A stretch of DNA of 38,077 nt from a virus. Lineage: Duplodnaviria; Caudoviricetes. Under the pieces are notes generated by a model, which saw nothing but the letters and a program-made list of their open reading frames with translations, searched no databases and had not been told where the DNA came from. Position 1 is the stretch's first letter, and every line of letters starts with the position of its first letter. Positions 1 through 7,038 of this stretch are shown here, piece after piece. Made by a program: the position numbers and the translations under genes. Location: positions 1 to 38,077 of IMG/VR virus record IMGVR_UViG_3300020059_000004. One strand, given 5' to 3'.

Positions 1-134
1 CCATATCTCGTATATTTCAAAGACTGTTAAAGTCCGCCAAAGCTCGACTTACCGGCAACCCAATACACTACGTCACCAGCAGTTGTACCAGCAGGGCCGG
101 ATATCGCTAGAGCACCAGCAACAGTACCAACGCC
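1..134. repeat. Terminal direct repeat (assembly overlap), left copy
   Basis: 1-134 matches 37944-38077 except T/A at position 8/37951; implies a circular or circularly permuted unit of ~37,943 bp. Confidence 0.95.
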
Positions 135-1154
135 ACCTGTACCAAGAACCATACCAAGGAAACCAGTATTAGTGGTCGCATCAGCAAGTAATCCTGATTG
201 AGTATTGTTGATCTGAATTCCACCAACAGATGGAACTTGAATTCCAAGGGAAATCAATGACTGAGCAGTATCTTCGCCAACAGGCACCATAATAGGGAAT
301 GATGACGGTTGTTGAGCAACAGCAGGCCATACAAAAGTGCTGAATGCAGAAGTATCTACATTGATGGTGAAGTTGAAATCATCAACAACAGTCAAGATAG
401 TAGCCAATACACCGTCTAATTGAATCATGCCCAGAGGAGCAATACTCAATGATGGGATAGAGAATCTAATTTCTTGTCCTGGCGTCATACCGTGCTGAAC
501 AGAAGTAGATACGTTGGCATTAACTGCTTTAGTAATGTTGGTAATGAATCGACGACGTGGATAAAACAATGGATCCACATTAACAATGCGATAGAAACCA
601 GCACCACCAACAGCACCAGGAACGTTAGCTAAAGCATTAAGCCCAGCTATTGTTAAGGTAAAGCTGGTATTGGAAACAACAGAACCAATCGCAAAATCAA
701 TACCTTGAGTATCCAATTGAGCTAATGTATTGCTCATACGAACAATAGTACCAGCTACTGTACCGGTAGAAGCAACAAGCCCAGCAGTAGAAGCAGTAAG
801 CACTACAGGAGATGTAGCATTAGAAATAGCAGTAGTCGCTACAGGATTACCAAGAAGCGGTAAAGATCCAGCTGATTGACCCGATGGATCATACAGAGTA
901 AATCCACCAGAAACAAGCGTATCACCACTTTTGACTGCGGTACCGTTACCATAGTATTGAACCATACCGGTTCCCGCAGCCATGCCGCGTTGCCAGTAGT
1001 AATCATAACCAAGTCCAGTAGCGCCCCCAACTTTACCAGCATTTGTGTAGTTTTTAACCCACATAAAGTCTACGTTAGAAGGGATTTTAATAAATTGATT
1101 AACAACAGTCGCAGGTACGACAAATCTACCTTGACTGAGAATAGTTCCGTCCAT
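27..1154 (-). CDS. Virion structural protein (putative head decoration) with FCCH-like beta domains
   Basis: Directly follows MCP with AAAGGAGA SD; G/A/T/V-rich; ITNITKA..STSVQHGM..G..IRF..GMIQLDG..FTINVDTSAF resembles the phage 'E1 FCCH-like' domain. Confidence 0.65.
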   Translation of the reverse strand: MDGTILSQGRFVVPATVVNQFIKIPSNVDFMWVKNYTNAGKVGGATGLGYDYYWQRGMAAGTGMVQYYGNGTAVKSGDTLVSGGFTLYDPSGQSAGSLPLLGNPVATTAISNATSPVVLTASTAGLVASTGTVAGTIVRMSNTLAQLDTQGIDFAIGSVVSNTSFTLTIAGLNALANVPGAVGGAGFYRIVNVDPLFYPRRRFITNITKAVNANVSTSVQHGMTPGQEIRFSIPSLSIAPLGMIQLDGVLATILTVVDDFNFTINVDTSAFSTFVWPAVAQQPSSFPIMVPVGEDTAQSLISLGIQVPSVGGIQINNTQSGLLADATTNTGFLGMVLGTGGVGTVAGALAISGPAGTTAGDVVYWVAGKSSFGGL

Positions 1155-1164
1155 AGTCTCTCCT

Positions 1165-2019
1165 TTAAGCTAATGTTGCGCGTAAGTTGATTACCCACAA
1201 GTCATTAGTGATTCGTGGAACTTCAGCAAATTTATAGCCTACAGAAGCGTTTAACGCTAATGGGCCATCATATATTGGTGGTCGATAGATAAAGCTTGCG
1301 CTATAGCCATCTTGTTCAATACATGCATAAGCTTCCATACCCACGCAGAAGATATTGTAAACGTTTGCGCCAAGAGCAGAGCCATTGGCTACAAATGATC
1401 CAATAGAACTAACTAGGAATCTAAGGTTACCAATAGCACCCCATTCTGAACGCAATGCATTCATAGGAGCTGGATATTGGTTCTTGTGAATAAATCCAGC
1501 AACCGCATCCAAGTTACCCGTTAATTGGGTTGAACATAATGCAAAGTATGCATCACGAACTGGCGCTGTACCAAACTTATCTTCACCTTCGATGTTGTCC
1601 ATAATTGTGTATGCATTGTTATTCAACAATGTACGCACAACAGCATCAACATCTGAACGGGTGATTTCAGTTGGGTTGTCGCCATTCACACCACCAACGC
1701 AGTTAATGAAACCAGCTGTCGCTGCTAACATGTCACGCGTGAGTTGATCCTCTGTTTGGCGTAGTGATACTCCCAAACGCGCCGCGCACTCGTTCAATAC
1801 AGGATCTTGATTTTGTAAAGTTACCTGTTCATTGAGCTGGACGTATGTTCCGTAAAATGAAATCTGGGCATCGATATCCACAGCGGTTAGATTTTGCGCT
1901 GGAGGCGTGATACCAGAATTTCCTAATGGAACCATTGCGGTGTTTAAAGGGTTATACCTGCGCATACGAAGTGTATTTCCGCCATTTCTTGGCATATTTT
2001 TCTTCATAGCTGGAATTTT
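1165..2019 (-). CDS. Major capsid protein, N4-gp56 family, exon 2 (spliced product 315 aa)
   Basis: KKNMPRNGGNTLRMRRY, YGTYVQL, EWGAIGNLRF, GPLALNASVGYK motifs typical of N4-gp56-type MCPs; no SD before ORF-track Met, N-terminus supplied by exon 1. Confidence 0.9.
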   Translation of the reverse strand, partial: KIPAMKKNMPRNGGNTLRMRRYNPLNTAMVPLGNSGITPPAQNLTAVDIDAQISFYGTYVQLNEQVTLQNQDPVLNECAARLGVSLRQTEDQLTRDMLAATAGFINCVGGVNGDNPTEITRSDVDAVVRTLLNNNAYTIMDNIEGEDKFGTAPVRDAYFALCSTQLTGNLDAVAGFIHKNQYPAPMNALRSEWGAIGNLRFLVSSIGSFVANGSALGANVYNIFCVGMEAYACIEQDGYSASFIYRPPIYDGPLALNASVGYKFAEVPRITNDLWVINLRATLA

Positions 2020-2247
2020 CATTCTGTTACTTTTTGACCTTTATTACAGGCGGGCAATTATTCTCATATTGCCTCTTTATGTTTCCATAAAGTTCAGAGT
2101 ACCGCATCGTCCTCAGACGTCTCCTCGCTTACTGCGTTCATGCTGCCGGGCTTTCGCCTGCTTGCACCTTGTTGCCTTCGCCTTTACGCGGTCAGGTATT
2201 CAAGATTATCAGAGGAGATTTTAAATCCACTAAATTTCTATTAGTCA
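2020..2247 (-). ncRNA. Group I intron (228 nt, no ORF) in major capsid gene
   Basis: 5' exon ends in U (AUCCAU) pairing with GUGGAU (P1, U.G); P3 UCUCCUC/GAGGAGA; P7 AGUA/UACU; P8 CGUC-UGAG-GACG; P9 CUUUAUG-GAAA-CAUAAAG; ends in G; removal gives in-frame ..PNMIH|KIPAMKK.. Confidence 0.9.
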
Positions 2248-2340
2248 ATGGATCATATTCGGAACCGGCACGCTCAGAAGTTTATAACTGAAACTTTGCT
2301 GAACTGGTGACGGAAGAATACTAGTCGTGGTTATTGCCAT
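2248..2340 (-). CDS. Major capsid protein exon 1 (MAITTTSILPSPVQQSFSYKLLSVPVPNMIH, 31 aa)
   Basis: AGGAG SD then ATG; typical MCP N-arm; frame hits TGA exactly at the intron start. Confidence 0.88.
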
Positions 2341-2382
2341 GACAATTTCTCCTAGAATATATTTTATGGTATACTTGGAGTT

Positions 2383-2473
2383 GGCGAGACTACATTGCGC
2401 CTACGGTGAATGACTTCCGTTTTTCATTCGATGGGATTAGATGAAGGGTAGCGACGTCTTCGATTGCGCTACC
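2383..2473 (-). promoter_or_regulatory. Structured 5' leader of MCP mRNA (three hairpins)
   Basis: GGTAGCG-CAAT..T-CGCTACC, GAATGA..TCATTC, GGCG-CAAT..T-CGCC; candidate promoter TTTACA-18-TATTAT just upstream (~2477-2506). Confidence 0.55.
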
Positions 2474-2514
2474 AATATAATAAGTATTAATTTATTAAAT
2501 TGTAAAGGAAATCT

Positions 2515-3003
2515 ATGATCGGTTTGCGATTTGGCAAATGGATTGTAGTAGGTGAAGCTGAACATACATCAGGAAACAAAACAAAAAACTACTGGTGTCT
2601 TTGCGATTGTGGTACAAAGCAAAAAGTTAGAGTTGATGGATTAAGATCGGGTCGATCAAAATGGTGTCTGAATTGTAGAACTATTCAATTGAAAAAAAGA
2701 GTTACCACTCATAATTTGCATCTTTCTTCTACCTATTGTATTTGGAGGGGTATCTTAAAAAGATGTAAATTGCCATCTCATCCTTCATATAGATGGTATG
2801 GTGGAAGGGGAATCTCTGTATGTGATCGCTGGCTGAAGTTTGAAAATTTCTTGGAAGATATGGGTATGCGTCCACCTGGATTACAGATCGACAGAAAAGA
2901 TTTAAATGGCAATTACGAAAAGAGTAATTGTCGGTGGGTTACTCCCAAGGAAAACCAAAATAATAGAAGAAACAATATTATTAAAAAGCCCAAGACCGGG
3001 TGA
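2515..3003 (+). CDS. Free-standing HNH-type homing endonuclease (YGGRGI family)
   Basis: GLRFGKW..WCLCDCG..LRSGRSKWC Zn module, then YGGRGISVCDRW..FLEDMG.RP..IDRKD.NGNYE..NCRWVT..N.NN; antisense insertion between scaffold and MCP. Confidence 0.88.
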   Translation: MIGLRFGKWIVVGEAEHTSGNKTKNYWCLCDCGTKQKVRVDGLRSGRSKWCLNCRTIQLKKRVTTHNLHLSSTYCIWRGILKRCKLPSHPSYRWYGGRGISVCDRWLKFENFLEDMGMRPPGLQIDRKDLNGNYEKSNCRWVTPKENQNNRRNNIIKKPKTG

Positions 3004-3023
3004 AGCAACGCTCAGTCTTGGGC
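2983..3023 (-). terminator. Rho-independent terminator after scaffold gene
   Basis: GCCCAAGAC..GTCTTGGGC stem followed by TTTTT on minus strand. Confidence 0.7.
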
Positions 3024-3069
3024 AAGTAACGTACATAAGGAGTAGGAAGAACCTTATGTAATCAGAGTC

Positions 3070-3921
3070 TTATCTATTCCTATACATATTCATTTCTTTG
3101 AGCATTGCTGCCTTCAGATCATCGGTTAATGGCCCTTGAGCAAATGCATTAGCCTTAGTCAATGGGCTATCACCTTGCTGTGGCTTCAAGAGTGCTGATG
3201 GCTTAGGCTTGTTTGCATTCTTGTGAATCACTTCTTTTTCTGCGTCGAATGTTTCATTGTCTTCATTGATGCCAAGTTTCTTTATCATGGTATATGCCGA
3301 TACTGCTTTAGAATATAAATCAGATGACGAATTGATTGTTTGAGCGATCTCAGGATAAGCAAGTCGCAATGACTCTAAATTATCTCGAGACACAATAGTA
3401 TCAAAGTCCGGATACTGAGTCTTCAATCTCATTTCCGTTGCGCTGAGGGCAGTTTGTTGTTGATATTGATTGAGCTGTGCTTCAAGCTTCTTGATATGTT
3501 TGTTTACTTGCGATAAATGTTTACCTTCAACGAGCGCATCTGCATCAACTGATATCTCCGCTTCCTCTTCTTCTTGCGCTGGTTGCGGTTGTTGTTTCGC
3601 TGCTTGGGCCAATGCTTGTTCAAGTTCAGCAGCTCTTTTTTCAGCGGCTAATGCCTTATCCCTTAGCTTTTTCCAGGACTCTTGAGGAGCTGTTGGTCGT
3701 TTTTCCACCACAACTTGTTTAGGTTCTGGTTGTTTTTCAGGGGTACTTTCAATGGGTGCCTCTGCGTCGAGTGTTTCAAGCACCGTTTGCTCTTGCACTA
3801 CTTCTAGCTGATCTGCTTGCGCATGCACTTCCGGTTGTTCAACTTCAGGCTGATTCATGGGATCAAGCGCTGGTTGTTTGAGTGGATTGCCCTCGCGATC
3901 ATATTTCATTTCAAATGCCAT
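3070..3921 (-). CDS. Putative capsid scaffolding protein
   Basis: E/Q/P-rich disordered N-terminus, coiled coil, upstream of MCP; start MAFEMK chosen from AAGGA SD. Confidence 0.7.
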   Translation of the reverse strand: MAFEMKYDREGNPLKQPALDPMNQPEVEQPEVHAQADQLEVVQEQTVLETLDAEAPIESTPEKQPEPKQVVVEKRPTAPQESWKKLRDKALAAEKRAAELEQALAQAAKQQPQPAQEEEEAEISVDADALVEGKHLSQVNKHIKKLEAQLNQYQQQTALSATEMRLKTQYPDFDTIVSRDNLESLRLAYPEIAQTINSSSDLYSKAVSAYTMIKKLGINEDNETFDAEKEVIHKNANKPKPSALLKPQQGDSPLTKANAFAQGPLTDDLKAAMLKEMNMYRNR

Positions 3922-4114
3922 TAATTTCCTTTTTATGTTCACATTTTGTTCTCATGAATACATGACAATTATCGCAAAATTCTTTCTCAAGCCTTTCAAG
4001 AATTGCTCTTTTGCCGCTTTTCAATTCGCATGGGGAACAATAACAAGTAGAATATCCCATTCTTTTATTATATTCATGCTGAAAATCATCAGAAATCTTC
4101 TGTTCTGTATCCAT
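3911..4114 (-). CDS. Small Cys-containing hypothetical protein
   Basis: AAGGA SD, tight packing with neighbours. Confidence 0.6.
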   Translation of the reverse strand: MDTEQKISDDFQHEYNKRMGYSTCYCSPCELKSGKRAILERLEKEFCDNCHVFMRTKCEHKKEINGI

Positions 4115-4122
4115 TAATTTCC

Positions 4123-4374
4123 TTACAATTTAAAAATTTGATAACCGAAAGAATGAGTTGCATTCTTATCTTTAAAATCGGATCGAAGTTTATCCAAGCC
4201 ATCATATATTTTTTGCATATCTTCTTCTTTGGGATTGATCCATTTTCTTTCAGCCCTTAAACCAATTGCGATTTCGTTGCCTTCACACAATTCCATTTTC
4301 TGGAACGGCTTAGGTCTATAAATGATATCATCAATATCTTTAAATTTGCTTGTCCAAGCATCTGTAATTATCAT
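4123..4374 (-). CDS. Hypothetical protein
   Basis: TAATG coupling with upstream gene, GGAG SD. Confidence 0.65.
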   Translation of the reverse strand: MIITDAWTSKFKDIDDIIYRPKPFQKMELCEGNEIAIGLRAERKWINPKEEDMQKIYDGLDKLRSDFKDKNATHSFGYQIFKL

Positions 4375-4850
4375 TAATTCTCCAATTCAACTGATTCTAG
4401 TTTTTCGCCATTCAATTCTTTAGCTAATTTAAACAAAGTCCCATCCTGGAATGCGCATACATATTTGAGCAGTTCCCGTTCTTCTGGTGCCACATACAGA
4501 TAATTCTTGATGAGATGGATCGATGCATCGCGGGATGGAATAACCCACATAAACACGGGTGCATTATCCTTGCGTTTAAATTTGTATACGGTTTGATCGT
4601 AGTCTGGGGTGGGGCAGCTTAAACGTCCATAAAAGTAATTACGAAACACATTGGGCAATAGCTTCTCATTCTTGGTAATCACCACGATATAGAAGTCATC
4701 GGTGAAGTCTTTTTTGCAGCGCTCAACACATTCCCAGATATTTGCTTCATAGTCAGTCAGATTCTCTTGCATCTGCTCGATGGGGGATTTAGTATCGGGT
4801 GTTTTTACAATAAGATCAGTTGCTATTTTACCGACTGTTTCTTTAGTCAC
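4374..4850 (-). CDS. Hypothetical phage protein (PTPDYDQ motif)
   Basis: 158-aa ORF overlapping neighbours; GTG start with AGGAG SD. Confidence 0.75.
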   Translation of the reverse strand: MTKETVGKIATDLIVKTPDTKSPIEQMQENLTDYEANIWECVERCKKDFTDDFYIVVITKNEKLLPNVFRNYFYGRLSCPTPDYDQTVYKFKRKDNAPVFMWVIPSRDASIHLIKNYLYVAPEERELLKYVCAFQDGTLFKLAKELNGEKLESVELEN

Positions 4851-5370
4851 CGCACCACTCCTTGCACATATAATAAGATAATTCTTCTATTGGTAAAGCA
4901 GGTAGTGTACAGAATGATTCTATAGGTTCACCATTTTTTATTTCTTGATGTATAAAATCATTGATATCAACTATCTTTTTCCCACAATTATGGCATTGAT
5001 CTTGAGAATATACTGTAAATGAATAATCATTTTCTGATGCGCCAATGGATACTTTTACATCATCAACCTCAACAAGAGTTATCTTATCGTATCCAGGTTT
5101 TCCGGATGATAATTTAGGAGCATGGTCTACGCAAAGTCCTTCTAAAAAATCATATTTCATAGTTCGTGTCAATTTGGGCCAATCATATGAATGTTTACAA
5201 GTTACAATTGCATATATGATTTTTTTCTTACATTTTTTGCATTTCTTTTTTTTGGCCGACAAAAGGGCAGCATCTTTTGCCTTATCCTTTGCATCTCTTT
5301 CTTCTTTTAGTATCTGTTCGTATTCACTATCTCTTTGACTTAAATAATCTTGGAGGGTTTCTTTGGTCAT
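4843..5370 (-). CDS. Hypothetical Cys-rich protein
   Basis: AAAGGAG SD; CxxC motifs, KKKKCKKCKKK. Confidence 0.7.
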   Translation of the reverse strand: MTKETLQDYLSQRDSEYEQILKEERDAKDKAKDAALLSAKKKKCKKCKKKIIYAIVTCKHSYDWPKLTRTMKYDFLEGLCVDHAPKLSSGKPGYDKITLVEVDDVKVSIGASENDYSFTVYSQDQCHNCGKKIVDINDFIHQEIKNGEPIESFCTLPALPIEELSYYMCKEWCGD

Positions 5371-5407
5371 TATGCTCCTTTAATTCCAATTACCGCATTA
5401 AGATACG

Positions 5408-5455
5408 AAAAAACCGAACCATAAGCAACCCACTTGTGGGTAAGTCATGATTCGG
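5408..5455 (-). terminator. Terminator-like hairpin
   Basis: CCGAATCATGA..TTATGGTTCGG then TTTTTT on minus strand. Confidence 0.55.
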
Positions 5456-5478
5456 CCCGAAAGATAAAGTAATGAACA

Positions 5479-5670
5479 CTATTTCTTTTTCTTATGTTTC
5501 TTCTTGGCTTTTCTTGCCTCAGAGTATCCTATCGCTAAAGCTTGGGATTTATCTTTTACAACTGGGCCTTTCTTGGAGCCAGAATGCAACTCTCCGGAAG
5601 AAAATTCTTTTAAAACCTTCTTCATCTTCTTCTTGCCCTTAGGCATCTTCTTGGTATGTTTCTTTGCCAT
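5479..5670 (-). CDS. DUF6496-like small basic protein
   Basis: KKVLKEF..GELHSGSKKG..V....QALAIGYSEARK signature. Confidence 0.8.
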   Translation of the reverse strand: MAKKHTKKMPKGKKKMKKVLKEFSSGELHSGSKKGPVVKDKSQALAIGYSEARKAKKKHKKKK

Positions 5671-5725
5671 AATATTCCTTTAAGGTCGGGGCAACTCAGA
5701 CACTCCGAATCACCCCGAATTATCA

Positions 5726-5875
5726 TTATCGAACTCTAGAAGTTTCCTCGAATTCGAGTCGTCGTTCAATCTTGGGATTCTTCTTTGCATTCTGCGCCTG
5801 TAAGTTCATAGGAACTCCCAAAATAGCATAAGCAATCTTCTTCCCTTTTTTGTTTTGACGTGGTGCGCAAGGCAT
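5726..5875 (-). CDS. Small basic hypothetical protein (49 aa, MPCAPRQNKKGKKIAYAILG..), not in ORF track
   Basis: AGGAG SD overlapping previous stop; fills gap on operon strand. Confidence 0.65.
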   Translation of the reverse strand: MPCAPRQNKKGKKIAYAILGVPMNLQAQNAKKNPKIERRLEFEETSRVR

Positions 5876-5876
5876 A

Positions 5877-6221
5877 TTATCTCCTTCTCTTGAATTCAAA
5901 CTTAGCCGAATCCAATGGATTGAGATTAGCTGCTTCTAGGCGAGAATCATCAAGATAAGGGGTCATATAATAGCCTGCTGCGGGAAACTCATGATGTTGA
6001 GCTTGCCTTGGCAAGTTGGCTATTTGAGTATGATCTTCTTTGATTAATCCCGCATCAGCAACTTCTTGGCGTCGGCGTGGATCCAATCCACCACCAAACT
6101 CTCCACCAATCTGCCGAGCGCGCTCATAGGCATAAGCAATGCAGCGATCTTGATCTCGATTGAATTCTGAGTAATCTTGCTCGATTTCAGTGCGTTTTAC
6201 CGCCCGTTCTCTTTTTGACAT
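5877..6221 (-). CDS. Hypothetical protein, paralog of 6237-6584
   Basis: RRRQEVADAGLIKED..IANLP motif; AGGA SD. Confidence 0.75.
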   Translation of the reverse strand: MSKRERAVKRTEIEQDYSEFNRDQDRCIAYAYERARQIGGEFGGGLDPRRRQEVADAGLIKEDHTQIANLPRQAQHHEFPAAGYYMTPYLDDSRLEAANLNPLDSAKFEFKRRR

Positions 6222-6236
6222 GCTATTCCTTCCAGG

Positions 6237-6584
6237 TTAAACCTTCTTCGGTAGGAAATGCGCTCTACGTTGTGAATCATCATAATCCATTTGGTCATCA
6301 ACACCACGGATGGTATCATCAATACCTTCTGGTAAATATGGGCCAGTCTTAGGGTATGCTTTGATCATAACTTCTTGAGGCAAGTTAGCAATAGCGGATG
6401 GATTCTCGCGAATCATGCCTGCATCTTGCATCTCTTGAGTGCGGCGGCTATCCATTCCCGCATAGCCTTCAGCACCTTGGTGCCTGAATCCCATTGCGGC
6501 TTTAGCGCCGGATTTATTGTGTTTCTTTTCATCGTTGAACTTATCTGAATGGTGATCCATTCCTGAATGATGTCTTTTAGCCAT
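6237..6584 (-). CDS. Hypothetical protein, paralog of 5877-6221
   Basis: RRTQEMQDAGMIREN..IANLP motif; AGGAG SD. Confidence 0.75.
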   Translation of the reverse strand: MAKRHHSGMDHHSDKFNDEKKHNKSGAKAAMGFRHQGAEGYAGMDSRRTQEMQDAGMIRENPSAIANLPQEVMIKAYPKTGPYLPEGIDDTIRGVDDQMDYDDSQRRAHFLPKKV

Positions 6585-6670
6585 GGGCTATCTCCTAGAA
6601 ACTGCGATCCGCTTACGCGTCGCAAGGTTAAACCTCTATCTACTGCCAGAGCTCTCTGGCCAGCTTAGGG

Positions 6671-6862
6671 TTATAAATATTTCAATAGTTCAGCAACGAT
6701 AAGCTTTTGATTATCACTCATCACGCTTTCATCAAGATCAAAATTAAGTTGCGCTTGCCATTTATTGCCACCCATATTCACAAACTTTAATTCATGAACT
6801 ATATCTTCAACATCTAGTCCAATCTGATCTAAAACAGAATCTTTAATGAGACTTGCAATCAT
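6671..6862 (-). CDS. Hypothetical protein
   Basis: ATGA coupling with upstream ORF, AAGGA SD. Confidence 0.6.
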   Translation of the reverse strand: MIASLIKDSVLDQIGLDVEDIVHELKFVNMGGNKWQAQLNFDLDESVMSDNQKLIVAELLKYL

Positions 6863-7038
6863 GGGCAATCCTTTATGTTATCGAGTTGTTCCATATACAT
6901 ATCAATCTGTTCTTCAGTCAATTCATTCTTATGAATTAACGGTTCAGTAATCATCAACAGCGTATGAATCTTATCGCGAGGCATATCGGGGTTGTTCATC
7001 AATAGTGTTATTAATATGTGTGCGATCAAATGATTCAC
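6859..7038 (-). CDS. Small hypothetical protein (59 aa, MNHLIAHILITLLMNNPD..), not in ORF track
   Basis: GTGA overlap with portal stop, AAGGAG SD, ATGA overlap with next gene. Confidence 0.6.
   Translation of the reverse strand: MNHLIAHILITLLMNNPDMPRDKIHTLLMITEPLIHKNELTEEQIDMYMEQLDNIKDCP

Noticed and set aside
1-134. Biological terminal repeat
   Set aside because: Falls across a gene end and its length resembles an assembler overlap; cannot be distinguished from simple circularity without reads
1907-2224. 105-aa plus-strand ORF over the capsid intron as an intron-encoded protein
   Set aside because: Antisense to the intron, extends into exon 2, no nuclease motifs
2245-2247. Stop-codon recoding or pseudogenisation as explanation of split MCP/portal
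   Set aside because: Multiple stops in the inserts, clean splice junctions, and all other genes read normally in code 11
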